Assembly (NCBI GenBank): GCA_964579265.1
Contig: CAZOFO010000003.1
Coordinates: forward strand, 23,584 to 87,583
DNA: 64,000 nucleotides
Direction of reading: 5' to 3'
DNA from: Candidatus Micrarchaeota archaeon
Lineage (GTDB): Archaea > B1Sed10-29
Shown: positions 1 through 9,005 of the stretch, piece after piece
Layout: each line of letters starts with the position of its first letter
Numbering within the stretch: position 1 is the first letter of the stretch
Notes under the pieces: model-generated
Database searches by the model: none
What the model was told of the DNA's origin: nothing
The model's input: only the letters and a program-made list of their open reading frames with translations
Translations under genes and position numbers: made by a program

Positions 1-2
1 TA

Positions 3-659
3 GTACACCTCACCCCAGGGATAACTCGAGGAGAACCAGTAGACACACCAAGCATAACAGGAGGAGCAGAAACAGAAGAACAAGCATTCGAAGAAATAGA
101 AAGAATAAGAATACTCCTAAGATCAGGAAGACTACCAGTAGGAGTACAAATAGAAAGAGAAGACAGAATGTCCCCCCTATTAGGAGAAAGATTCTTAGAT
201 TACTCTATAATGGCAGGTATAGCTGCATTAATAGCAGTATCCATGGTAGTTTCATTCAGATACAAGAAAAAGAAAATAGTTGCCCCGATGCTCATGACTA
301 GTTTCTCAGAAGTACTGATGACACTAGGAGCAGCAGCCTTAATAGGTTGGCAGCTTGATCTACCTGCAATAGCAGGAATAATAGCAGTAGTAGGTACAGG
401 AGTCGATCACCAGATCATTATGACTGAAGAAGCAATAGAAAAAGAATCAGATGAAGAAGAAAGCCTAGCAAGAAGAATAAAGAAAGCATTTTCCATAATA
501 CTAAGATCAGCAATGACAACCATATTCGCGATGTTCCCACTACTATTCATGGGTCTAGGAGCTCTACAAGGATTCGCTATAACAACAATAATAGGAAGCA
601 TAATAGGAGTAACAATCTCAAGACCAGCTTACAGAGCTATAATAGATGAAATACTTTAA
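3..659 (+). CDS. secD: Protein translocase subunit SecD, C-terminal part (5'-truncated by window edge)
   Basis: Frame open from nt 3: ...LLRSGRLPV...SPLLG, then TM helices with LPAIAGII-GTGVD and LQGFAITTIIG motifs typical of SecD. Confidence 0.88.
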   Translation, partial: VHLTPGITRGEPVDTPSITGGAETEEQAFEEIERIRILLRSGRLPVGVQIEREDRMSPLLGERFLDYSIMAGIAALIAVSMVVSFRYKKKKIVAPMLMTSFSEVLMTLGAAALIGWQLDLPAIAGIIAVVGTGVDHQIIMTEEAIEKESDEEESLARRIKKAFSIILRSAMTTIFAMFPLLFMGLGALQGFAITTIIGSIIGVTISRPAYRAIIDEIL

Positions 660-773
660 AAACTAGAAAAATAAATCAAAATCTATCTTAGATTCTAATG
701 CTGGGAAAAACCATATAAAAAACCAATCCCTTATTCAAATATCTAAAGCAAAAATACAGAAAAACTGATAGAA

Positions 774-1526
774 ATGCCAAAACTCGGGAGCCAAAAAGAT
801 CTTGAAAAAACGGATGAAGATACAATCGAAAGAATCCCAACAGGAGTACCTGGACTCGATAACCTGCTTGAAGGAGGATTTCCACATCCATCAACCATAC
901 TACTAACAGGTAATTCTGGAACAGGAAAAACAGTCCTAGGACTACAATACTTATACAATGGAGTAAAACAAGAAGATCAACCAGGAATATACTTATCCGT
1001 CCAGGCTCATCAAACAGACGTTACCTGGTACTGTTCCAAATTCAATCTAGACATAGCAGAACTTCAAGAAGAAAGAGAACTAGTTGTAAGCAATTATGAA
1101 ATACCTCAATACGAACAATTTCATTCCAAAACAGCAGCAAGAGAAATAAATAAAAAACTAGGAAGAATAATAGACTCAGTAAACGCGAAAAGAATAGTTA
1201 TAGATAGCATAACACCATTTGGTTACCTATCAAACTCAAAAGCAGATTATAGAGAATTACTATATAAAATATCTCAAAAACTAAAAGAAGAAGAATGCAC
1301 CACGATAATGATCTCTTCAGGATCACAAAAAGAAAAATTAACTCCTTTTGAAGTAGAACCTTACTTAGCTGATGGGGTTATAAAACTAAGTAAAGAAGAA
1401 AAAGGCAGAAAAAGAAAGAGAACATTACACATAAACAAGATGACAGCCACTAGAACACCTCTGGAAGATATTAACTTTAATCTGTCAGAGGAAGGATTCA
1501 AACTACTACCTTCCTACTACGGGTAG
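774..1526 (+). CDS. Single-domain KaiC/RecA-superfamily ATPase (possibly catalytically degenerate)
   Basis: TGVPGLDNLLEGGF, Walker A GNSGTGKT, Walker B RIVIDS, ADGVI. Confidence 0.85.
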   Translation: MPKLGSQKDLEKTDEDTIERIPTGVPGLDNLLEGGFPHPSTILLTGNSGTGKTVLGLQYLYNGVKQEDQPGIYLSVQAHQTDVTWYCSKFNLDIAELQEERELVVSNYEIPQYEQFHSKTAAREINKKLGRIIDSVNAKRIVIDSITPFGYLSNSKADYRELLYKISQKLKEEECTTIMISSGSQKEKLTPFEVEPYLADGVIKLSKEEKGRKRKRTLHINKMTATRTPLEDINFNLSEEGFKLLPSYYG

Positions 1527-1622
1527 TACTCTTGAGAACCAATAAAGATAAAGAAACCAAAAATCAAATAAATAATACTTCCACATTATTTTAACCTGTA
1601 AGATAATAAAAACTATACAGAT

Positions 1623-1695
1623 AGTCCTGTAGTCTAGCGGCCAAGGATGTAGGGCTTTGGACCCTAAGACGGCGGTTCGAATCCGCCCAGGACTA
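1623..1695 (+). tRNA. tRNA-Gln(TTG)
   Basis: Cloverleaf: AGTCCTG/CAGGACT acceptor (A1-U72 as in archaeal tRNA-Gln), TAGGG-CTTTGGA-CCCTA anticodon arm, GGTTCGAATCC T arm; CCA not encoded. Confidence 0.95.
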
Positions 1696-1702
1696 TATTT
1701 CT

Positions 1703-2194
1703 CTACCACGGTTCTTTTTTTAAACCCAGAGAATAACCGATAAAATTAGTTAACAAATGAATAATAGGAGTAAAAACCAATATAAGGACTAAAGCTTTAA
1801 GAGAAGGTAGTTTTAAAATCGAACCCAAAACAATTGCTCCAAAAACAAAATCAAGCTGATCCAATAATGGGACTAAACCTCCTCTATTCACCCCTAATCT
1901 TCTTTTAAAGAAACTAGCAACTATATCTCCTGATAAAGCTCCAACGGAAGTAAAAAGACCTAACCAAACAAAGAGATTGTTACCTGTAACTAAAAAGATC
2001 ATGATACCTATTATAAATCCAAGAAGTATCCCTGAAAACGTTCCCCGTACTGTCTTACCATCTCCCAATATCCTCTTTCCATTATATTTCCTTCCTCCGT
2101 CTATTGGTCTTCCTCCTCCAAAAACAACTGCTGAAGAATTAGCAACATAAGCTGGAAATATGTAAAGGAAAGCCTCTATTAATATTTCTATCAT
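1703..2194 (-). CDS. carS: CDP-archaeol synthase
   Basis: PAYVANS, PIDGG, RILGDGKT, GDIVASFFKRR, LDQLDF motifs. Confidence 0.92.
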   Translation of the reverse strand: MIEILIEAFLYIFPAYVANSSAVVFGGGRPIDGGRKYNGKRILGDGKTVRGTFSGILLGFIIGIMIFLVTGNNLFVWLGLFTSVGALSGDIVASFFKRRLGVNRGGLVPLLDQLDFVFGAIVLGSILKLPSLKALVLILVFTPIIHLLTNFIGYSLGLKKEPW

Positions 2195-2245
2195 CAAACC
2201 ACTTCTTATAGATTTAATCTTTTTTTACTATAAATTATTGATGAT

Positions 2246-2935
2246 TCAAAGAAATATAATTAATAGATAGATTAACATCGCTGAAATGGCTCCACAAGTA
2301 GTTGCCAGGAAATTAGTAATAGTGTTACCTATTGCTCCTTTCCCCTCCAGCACAGCTCCGATGAAAGAGTCAGCAAAATTCCCTAAAATTCCTGAAAGTA
2401 ATGCTACTGGAACCACTATCCATCCTAATTCAAAGACTGAAATCAAACCTATTATTAATGCTCCTAACCCTCCTGCTAATGTACCTAAAAAAGTTATTCC
2501 TCCGTTTGTACCTGGTTCAACTTTTTTTAGATTAGTTATTAATCTAGGTTTTGATTTTGAAAGAACTCCTAATTCGGAAGATACAGTATCTGCCGTAGCA
2601 GTAGCAACGACTCCTATGAACGCTATAAAACCTACTACTCCTCCTAGAAGAGCCATTAAAAGGCCGATACCTGCATTACCCATTACATTCCAAGCTCCTC
2701 TAGTTTTTTGCATTAAATCAGATTCTTTTTTCTCATCTGATTTGATTCTTGTTACAACTGTTCCGATTAAGTAAAATGAAAAAAGTATTAGAAACCATGA
2801 AAAATTCTGTCTAATTATAAGTATATATGAAAGAAAAATAGCTGAAAAAGCTCCTTTAATAGTTAAAGATCTTTTTTCAAGTCCGAATAGAGCTATAAAT
2901 AGAGGTAAGGCGAATTTTATTAGGTTAAAAGACAT
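2246..2935 (-). CDS. DUF92/TMEM19-family membrane protein
   Basis: R-G-x-x-NV-x-GN, ADTVSSELG, PGTNGGIT, DSFIGA, N-x-x-TN motifs. Confidence 0.88.
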   Translation of the reverse strand: MSFNLIKFALPLFIALFGLEKRSLTIKGAFSAIFLSYILIIRQNFSWFLILFSFYLIGTVVTRIKSDEKKESDLMQKTRGAWNVMGNAGIGLLMALLGGVVGFIAFIGVVATATADTVSSELGVLSKSKPRLITNLKKVEPGTNGGITFLGTLAGGLGALIIGLISVFELGWIVVPVALLSGILGNFADSFIGAVLEGKGAIGNTITNFLATTCGAISAMLIYLLIIFL

Positions 2936-2940
2936 TTTAG

Positions 2941-3522
2941 TTATTCTCCCTCTTCTACTTCACATTTAGTTATCTCGATTCTTTTTATAGGGGCTATTTC
3001 CTTTGCTTCTTTGAAAAGAGCTGTTGCTGTCTTACCAAATATCATTTTTTGAACAAGAGAATCAAAGTTGTTCTCTTTACTTTGTTTATGAAGTTCTTCA
3101 CTCATTATCTTCCTTATCTTTTTTTCTTTTGATGAGTGTAGTTTTCCAACGGTAAACGCGTAGACAGTGACATGTAGGTTTTTATCGTCTACTTCTATAT
3201 CTTCTATTGTTTTTATAACGCTTCTTCCTTTTCTTATATTCTTTCTTATGTAATCTCTTGTTACTTTGAAGCTTTTGATTTTTGTTCTTATGGTTTCTCC
3301 TTCTATACCTTCTATTTTGAATTTTATTTTTATGTTATTATGATTTCTTTTCCCTGTTAGGTCTCTTAGTGAAGTTTCTATTGTTCTTTCTTCTAATTCA
3401 TCTGTTTCTATTGCTGGTGTTTCCCCTATACCTTTTTCTTCAAATATTTCAGGGGCTTCTATTTTGTACCATTCTTTGTCTTTCCATTTGTTGGCTTTTT
3501 TAGCTGTTTTTGCTTTTGGCAT
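2941..3522 (-). CDS. rps3ae: 30S ribosomal protein S3Ae (eS1)
   Basis: KWKDKEWY-x-I-x-AP, IGETP, PIKRIEITKCEV; start at ATG after GTGAT RBS. Confidence 0.93.
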   Translation of the reverse strand: MPKAKTAKKANKWKDKEWYKIEAPEIFEEKGIGETPAIETDELEERTIETSLRDLTGKRNHNNIKIKFKIEGIEGETIRTKIKSFKVTRDYIRKNIRKGRSVIKTIEDIEVDDKNLHVTVYAFTVGKLHSSKEKKIRKIMSEELHKQSKENNFDSLVQKMIFGKTATALFKEAKEIAPIKRIEITKCEVEEGE

Positions 3523-3529
3523 ATAATCA

Positions 3530-3988
3530 CTATTTTTCAACTAGTAGTTTTGCTTTTTCTGGGTCGTAGTACCAGTTATCTTCTAATTCTCCTTGTTTTT
3601 TATAGTATTTTGTTAGTCTTCTAATCTTTGATTCTATTAGTTTTAGATTTCTTTTGTTCTTTTTATCTTTATTGTGTTTTTCTAGGTGTTTTCTTACTTT
3701 TACTGCTTTTTCCATTAGGTTCATCAGGTCTTCTGGGTATTCTGATTCTTTTCCTTCTTTTTCAAGTATTTGAGTTATTTTTTCTCCTGTAACTGCTTTG
3801 ACATCTGGTACTCCGTATTCGTCTCTCAGTATTCTTCCAATATCGCTTGGATTTTTTCCTTCTTCTCTTAATTCTATTATTTTTTCTCTTATCTCTTTTT
3901 CGGATTGGTCAATCCATGTTGGGGGTTCATCTGATGCGGGGGAGGTTGAACCTGATTTTCCCTTGTCTTTTGTGTGCATTCTTGTCAT
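3530..3988 (-). CDS. rps15: 30S ribosomal protein S15 (uS15)
   Basis: MTRMH..KGKSGS, IGRILRDEYG, ESKIRRLTKYY. Confidence 0.96.
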   Translation of the reverse strand: MTRMHTKDKGKSGSTSPASDEPPTWIDQSEKEIREKIIELREEGKNPSDIGRILRDEYGVPDVKAVTGEKITQILEKEGKESEYPEDLMNLMEKAVKVRKHLEKHNKDKKNKRNLKLIESKIRRLTKYYKKQGELEDNWYYDPEKAKLLVEK

Positions 3989-4143
3989 GGTTATCTCTAT
4001 TTGTCATTTTATAAGTTGATTAAGTAGAATTTTTCTTTGAATTTAAATTTTAGTATTTTTTGCTTGTTTTTTGCTTTTTCTTCTCTTGCTCTGTATTCCT
4101 GTTATTTTATTGTGATTAACCTGCTTTATAAATTTGTCTTAAT

Positions 4144-4758
4144 CTATTGTTTTTCATCTTTTTCAGTGTATCTTCCTCTTTTTTCTATTTTTCTCATCTT
4201 GCTTAATATTCTTTTCTTATTGTATTCTTTTTTTAAGTTTTCCCATATTTCGTTAAATTCTTTCCAGTGTGTGCTTTTGAGCATTTTTTTGAATACTAGG
4301 AGATCCATTGCTTTGTCTTCTATTCTTTTTGTTTTTTCGGAGAGTCCGAAGTCTATGAAGTATAGTTCTTCTTCTTTTCTTATTATATTGGATGTTGTTA
4401 GGTCGTTGTGAACTATGTTTTCTTTATGTAGTTTTTTTATTAGTTTTCCTATTTCTTTTCCTATTTTTGAGGGTTTTTCTTTTCCTTTTTTTATTCTTTC
4501 TTTTATTGTTTCTCCTTCTATGTATTCCATTATTATATTGGATTTCTCTGTATCTACTTGGAATATGTAGGGTGTTTTCACTGCTTTTCGAGATCTTCTC
4601 ATCATTTTGGATTCGTTGAGGGTTCTTCTTTTCTTTATTGTGTCGTCTAGTTCTTTTATTCTGTGTTTTTTTGGTTTTCTTTCTTTTTCTACTGTTTTGA
4701 ATCCTAGGTAGTTATTTTTGTAGAGGGTTGCTTCTGCTCCTTTGTATATTATTTCCAT
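4144..4758 (-). CDS. bud32: KEOPS complex kinase Bud32
   Basis: GAEA, HNDLTTSN, IDFGL, EDKAMDL, C-terminal RGRY. Confidence 0.94.
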   Translation of the reverse strand: MEIIYKGAEATLYKNNYLGFKTVEKERKPKKHRIKELDDTIKKRRTLNESKMMRRSRKAVKTPYIFQVDTEKSNIIMEYIEGETIKERIKKGKEKPSKIGKEIGKLIKKLHKENIVHNDLTTSNIIRKEEELYFIDFGLSEKTKRIEDKAMDLLVFKKMLKSTHWKEFNEIWENLKKEYNKKRILSKMRKIEKRGRYTEKDEKQ

Positions 4759-4773
4759 TTTTTCACTTTTTTG

Positions 4774-5187
4774 CTAGAATAGTTTTTTTCCTACTCTTTT
4801 TATTCTTACTTCTGGGTTTGTTAATCTATCGCATTGTCTTTGAGTTTCTAATTCTATTTCAAAACTAGTTTTGTCGTCTGGTTCCTGGATGTTTTTTATA
4901 GTTTCAAATGTTTCTGCTGGTGGTTTTTCCGGTACTTCTTCTATTATTGCTTTTAGTTCTATCTCTTTTACTTCGTATTCGTATTCTATCTCTATTTCAC
5001 CTGTAAAAGTAACTAGACATCTGTTTTCACCGATTTCTTGTTTTTGGATTGGTTCTAGATGGTGTTCTACGTCTGGGTCTGTTCTAGCTACTTGTATTAA
5101 GTTTGAAATGATAGGGTAGGAGAGTACAATTACTACTGCTATTATTATTAAGGTTATTAATGTTTTGTGGCTGGTTCCTTTTTTCAT
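4774..5187 (-). CDS. Hypothetical membrane-anchored/secreted protein
   Basis: MKKG followed by one hydrophobic helix and a soluble domain; codon style matches neighbours. Confidence 0.65.
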   Translation of the reverse strand: MKKGTSHKTLITLIIIAVVIVLSYPIISNLIQVARTDPDVEHHLEPIQKQEIGENRCLVTFTGEIEIEYEYEVKEIELKAIIEEVPEKPPAETFETIKNIQEPDDKTSFEIELETQRQCDRLTNPEVRIKRVGKKLF

Positions 5188-5231
5188 TTTTTCGCCTCTG
5201 TTTTTATTTGTACTTCTTTATTTTTTATATT

Positions 5232-6218
5232 TTATTTTTTTGCTCTGTATTTGTTGGTTCTCCAGTTGGGTTTTATATCTATTTTTTCCGGTTTTTTAGC
5301 TTTTTCTTTGTATATTTCTCCTGTGTAGGCTATCATGGCTCCGTTATCTCCACAGTATTCTCTTTTTGGGGTGTGGAAGCTTGCTCCGTGTTCTTCTGCC
5401 ATTTTTTCATCAATTTCTCTTAGTCTGGTGTTCATTGCTACTCCTCCGGTTAATAGTAGTTCTTCTTTTTTGGTGTGGGCTATTGCTCTTTCTGTCACTT
5501 CTACTAGCATTGAGAGAATTGTTTCTTGAAATGAATAAGCTAGGTCTTCTTTTGTATATTCTTCTTTGTTTTTTAGTTTTTTGTATTCTTTTTTTGCTTG
5601 TGTTACTAGTCCTGAGAAGGATAAGTCCATTCCTTTGACGGTGTAGGGTAATTCGATGTAGTTTTCTCCTTTTTCTGCCATTTTCATTATTTTTGGCCCT
5701 CCTGGCATCTTTAGATTCATTTCTCTTGCAAATTTATCAAAGGCGTTTCCTATGCCTATGTCCAGTGTTTCTCCATGTATTCTGTATCTTGAACCTGCAT
5801 ATGATATTATTTGGGTGTTTCCTCCTGAAACGTATTGTACTAGTGGGTCTTTTGCTTCTGTATCTTTTTTACTAACTTCTATGTGGGCTATACAATGATT
5901 AACTGGAACTATATTTGCTTTTAATTCTTTAGATAGTTTTTTTGCTAGTTCAACTCCTTGAAGTAGACAGGGGGGCAATCCTGGTCCGTTTGCAACTGCT
6001 ATTAAATCTATTTCGTCTTTTTCTATTCCTGCTTCTTCTATTGCTTTCTTTAATGTTTTTTCTCTCGTTTTTTCATGGTGTTCTGCTGCTTCTCTTGGTA
6101 TTATCCCTTCTCCTTCTTCTGGTTTGTAGATGCTCTTTTCGTTCGCGATTATCTCTTTGTTTTTGGTTATCCCTATTCCCAGGGTGTGTGCTGTTGATTC
6201 TATTCCAAGACAGTTCAT
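5232..6218 (-). CDS. kae1: tRNA t6A synthase Kae1 (KEOPS)
   Basis: LGIESTAHT, GPGLPPCL, VNHCIAHIE, VSGGNTQ, GDNGAMIA. Confidence 0.96.
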   Translation of the reverse strand: MNCLGIESTAHTLGIGITKNKEIIANEKSIYKPEEGEGIIPREAAEHHEKTREKTLKKAIEEAGIEKDEIDLIAVANGPGLPPCLLQGVELAKKLSKELKANIVPVNHCIAHIEVSKKDTEAKDPLVQYVSGGNTQIISYAGSRYRIHGETLDIGIGNAFDKFAREMNLKMPGGPKIMKMAEKGENYIELPYTVKGMDLSFSGLVTQAKKEYKKLKNKEEYTKEDLAYSFQETILSMLVEVTERAIAHTKKEELLLTGGVAMNTRLREIDEKMAEEHGASFHTPKREYCGDNGAMIAYTGEIYKEKAKKPEKIDIKPNWRTNKYRAKK

Positions 6219-6230
6219 TTTTTTCACTTT

Positions 6231-6743
6231 TCAGATTAAATATACTGGTAGTATTGCTACGAGGTTGTAGAAGGTATGGCTTAGTATCGGGCTGTATACT
6301 CCTCCTGTTTTTTCGTATTGGTATCCTAGGAGTAGTCCTAGGAAGAAGGTTCCTACAACCTGTGAAATTGTTCCGTAGGTGATGTGAAATACTGCGAATA
6401 TGATTGAGGCTATCCATAGGTTTGTTTTTTCTTGGATAAGTCCTCTGAAGAATACTTCTTCTATGAATGATCCTATTAAGACTATTATCAATATTTCATG
6501 TATTGGTATTTGTCTTAGTATTTCTGTTGTTCTTTGCACGTCTTGATGCATTCCTAATTGTTGGAAGGTTAAGCTTATTATTGAGGATACTACGAGCATT
6601 ATTACGAGAAATATTATGGCTATTGCGGTTTCTCTACTTATTTTTATGTCTTTTTTGAATCCTAGTCTATCGAGTATTGTTCCTTTCTTTATGTACAGGG
6701 TTATTGAGAGTAGAACTAGGTATAGAGCTATTGAGACTATCAT
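6231..6743 (-). CDS. CPBP (CAAX/Abi) family intramembrane metalloprotease
   Basis: EEVFFRG, FAVFH, HTFYN motifs. Confidence 0.9.
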   Translation of the reverse strand: MIVSIALYLVLLSITLYIKKGTILDRLGFKKDIKISRETAIAIIFLVIMLVVSSIISLTFQQLGMHQDVQRTTEILRQIPIHEILIIVLIGSFIEEVFFRGLIQEKTNLWIASIIFAVFHITYGTISQVVGTFFLGLLLGYQYEKTGGVYSPILSHTFYNLVAILPVYLI

Positions 6744-6763
6744 TTTTTCTCAATTTTCCTTTA

Positions 6764-6910
6764 TTATTCTTTCCATCTAGTGTATCCGCATTTACCGCAG
6801 TGTTCTCTGTCTTTGTGTTTTGCTAGTAGTGTTCCTTCTCCGCATTTTGGGCAGTTTGGATTGTCTTTTTCTATTTCTTTGTCTTTAACTTTGTATTTTT
6901 CTCCTTTCAT
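6764..6910 (-). CDS. rps27ae: 30S ribosomal protein S27ae (eS31)
   Basis: Not in ORF track (48 aa); read manually: MKGEKY...[29 protein letters not shown] overlap with rps24e. Confidence 0.93.
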   Translation of the reverse strand: MKGEKYKVKDKEIEKDNPNCPKCGEGTLLAKHKDREHCGKCGYTRWKE

Positions 6911-7194
6911 TCTTCTTCCTCCTTGTGGTTTCTTTCTTTTTTGTATTTTTTACTGTATTTTTCCCGGTCTTCTGGTGATTCGTATGCTTTTACTATGCAT
7001 TTTGCTTCTTTCTTACCGTATTCTTGTTCTATTTTGTCTATGACTATGTTTTCTTTTTCCTGGTTTAGTTTTGCTGAGATTTTTTCTAGTACTTCTTGTC
7101 TTGAGGGTGTTTCTTCGTAATTCTTTATTTTTAGAGTAATCTTTTTTCTATTTAGTGCGGGGTTTTCTTCTTTTTTTTCTTCTATTATCTTCAT
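6907..7194 (-). CDS. rps24e: 30S ribosomal protein S24e
   Basis: NPALNRK, TPSR, syntenic with rps27ae. Confidence 0.93.
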   Translation of the reverse strand: MKIIEEKKEENPALNRKKITLKIKNYEETPSRQEVLEKISAKLNQEKENIVIDKIEQEYGKKEAKCIVKAYESPEDREKYSKKYKKERNHKEEEE

Positions 7195-7218
7195 TTTATC
7201 ACCTTTTTAGTCTTTATC

Positions 7219-7407
7219 TTATCTTTTGATTCTTAATGCGTATTTTCCTGGTGTTTTGACACTTAGTTCTTCCGCTAGTTCTGATTCGTCTGGACTTAGG
7301 ATTATTGTATATCCTTTCCAGCTTTGTGTTAGGTCTGATTCTTTGCATATTGGGCATTGATTTCCTTTGACTATTTTATGGCATTTTTTACATGCTTTGT
7401 CTTTCAT
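7219..7407 (-). CDS. spt4: Transcription elongation factor Spt4 (RpoE'')
   Basis: ACKKCH...CPIC, WKG, PGKYALR. Confidence 0.94.
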   Translation of the reverse strand: MKDKACKKCHKIVKGNQCPICKESDLTQSWKGYTIILSPDESELAEELSVKTPGKYALRIKR

Positions 7408-7970
7408 TTTTGATCACTTTTTTCTTTGTTTTCTTTTTCTTCTTCTATCCATTCTTTTTTTCCTAATCCTGGTTGTTTCATGGTTAGATTGATTTTTGAT
7501 TCGTTTACATTGTCTTTTAGTGATACGGCTATTATTCTAGCTCTTACTTTATCGTCTTTTTTTATGCTTCTGTCTGTTTCTTTTCCTGATAGTGCTCCTG
7601 TTTTTTGGTTGTGGGTCATGTAGTCGTCCGTTATTTGAGATACGTGTGCTAGTGCGTCTATTGGTCCGAATCTTACGAACGCTCCGAAGTCCACTATTTC
7701 GTTTACGTATCCTCTTACGGGTTCGTGTAGCTTTGGATTGAATGTTAATGCGTTGAATATTACTTCGTAGTATGCTGATCCGTCTCCCTGTATTATTTTT
7801 CCGTTTTTTATTTCTCTGCATTCGTCTACGCTTATTATTACTCCTAAGTCTTGATCTATTCTTGATTCGTATTTATCTTGTAGTGCTTTTTTTGCTGATT
7901 CTTCTAATGGTTTGTCAAAGTATTTTGGCGGTATTCTTACTGAGTCTTTTGCTGTAATCATTTGATACAT
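7404..7970 (-). CDS. rpoE1: RNA polymerase subunit E' (Rpo7)
   Basis: VRIPP, FGAFV-x-FGPIDAL-x-HVSQ, LTMKQPGLGK. Confidence 0.95.
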   Translation of the reverse strand: MYQMITAKDSVRIPPKYFDKPLEESAKKALQDKYESRIDQDLGVIISVDECREIKNGKIIQGDGSAYYEVIFNALTFNPKLHEPVRGYVNEIVDFGAFVRFGPIDALAHVSQITDDYMTHNQKTGALSGKETDRSIKKDDKVRARIIAVSLKDNVNESKINLTMKQPGLGKKEWIEEEKENKEKSDQK

Positions 7971-7998
7971 TTTTTATCCCTCTTTTTTAGTTTTTTAT

Positions 7999-8535
7999 TT
8001 ATTTTTGTTGATCGTATTTTTCCATTGCTTTTTTGACTTGTTCGTGTGCTTTTTTTACTCCTAGCCAGTCTTTTACTTCTACCCATTTTGATTTTTCCAG
8101 TTCTTTGTAGTCGCTGAAGAAGTGAGCTATTTCTTGTCTCTTGTGTTTATTTACGGAACTTATGTCTCTGTATTCTGCTTTTCTTGGGTCTTTCATTGGT
8201 GCTCCTAGTACTTTATCATCTATTCCTTTTTCGTCTTCCATTCTAAGAACTCCTATTGGTCTTACTTCTATTACGCATCCGGGGAATGTTGGTTCTTCTG
8301 TTAGAACCAGTACGTCTAGTGCGTCTCCGTCTTCTGATATTGTTTGAGGTATGAATCCGTAGTCTCCTGGGTAGTGGAATGGTGAGTGTATTACTCTATC
8401 TAGTTTGAAGTATCCTTCTTCGTCTTGGTATTCTATTTTGTTTCTGCTTCGTCTTGGTATCTCTATTACTGCGTTGACTATTTTTGGAGGGTTTTTTCCT
8501 CTTGGTATATCTTTCCATAGGTTTTTTCCTTTCAT
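7999..8535 (-). CDS. ppa: Inorganic pyrophosphatase (family I)
   Basis: YPGDYGFIP, DGDALDV, DDK motifs. Confidence 0.95.
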   Translation of the reverse strand: MKGKNLWKDIPRGKNPPKIVNAVIEIPRRSRNKIEYQDEEGYFKLDRVIHSPFHYPGDYGFIPQTISEDGDALDVLVLTEEPTFPGCVIEVRPIGVLRMEDEKGIDDKVLGAPMKDPRKAEYRDISSVNKHKRQEIAHFFSDYKELEKSKWVEVKDWLGVKKAHEQVKKAMEKYDQQK

Positions 8536-8599
8536 GTTTTTGGTCTCCTTTTTTGTTCGTTTTTTTATTCTTTCCGTGTTTTTTATTTGTCTTTGACTT

Positions 8600-8995
8600 T
8601 TACATTTTTTTGTTTTTTACGGGGTTTATTCTTCCCAGTGTCTTATTGCTTCTCAGGTAAACCACTGGTATTTCTTTTTTCAGGCATCTTTTTTTTAGTT
8701 CTTTGTCATTTGTGGCTACTGTTGCTTTTTCTTTTTCAGCGTATTCTAGTATTCTATCGTCCACGTGTTCTTTTTCTGTTTCTATTTTTTCTTCTTTAAT
8801 GTCTTTTTTTTCTATTATCTGTAATGCTATCTTACTTTCTTTTTTTCCAAGTCTTTCTAATTCTTTTTTGATTGATTTGAGCACTATTAGTTCTGCTGTT
8901 GGTTCTTTTTGTTTTATTTCTTTGAATATATCGATTTTTTTTGTTTCTGGTATTAATAGGAAGTTTGTGTCTAGCACTATTTTTTCTCTTTTCAT
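8600..8995 (-). CDS. PIN-domain nuclease, Fcf1/Utp24-like
   Basis: VLDTNFL, EL, VDD, VATND..LK; conserved position after aIF2-gamma. Confidence 0.85.
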   Translation of the reverse strand: MKREKIVLDTNFLLIPETKKIDIFKEIKQKEPTAELIVLKSIKKELERLGKKESKIALQIIEKKDIKEEKIETEKEHVDDRILEYAEKEKATVATNDKELKKRCLKKEIPVVYLRSNKTLGRINPVKNKKM

Positions 8996-9005
8996 TTTTT
9001 CTCCT

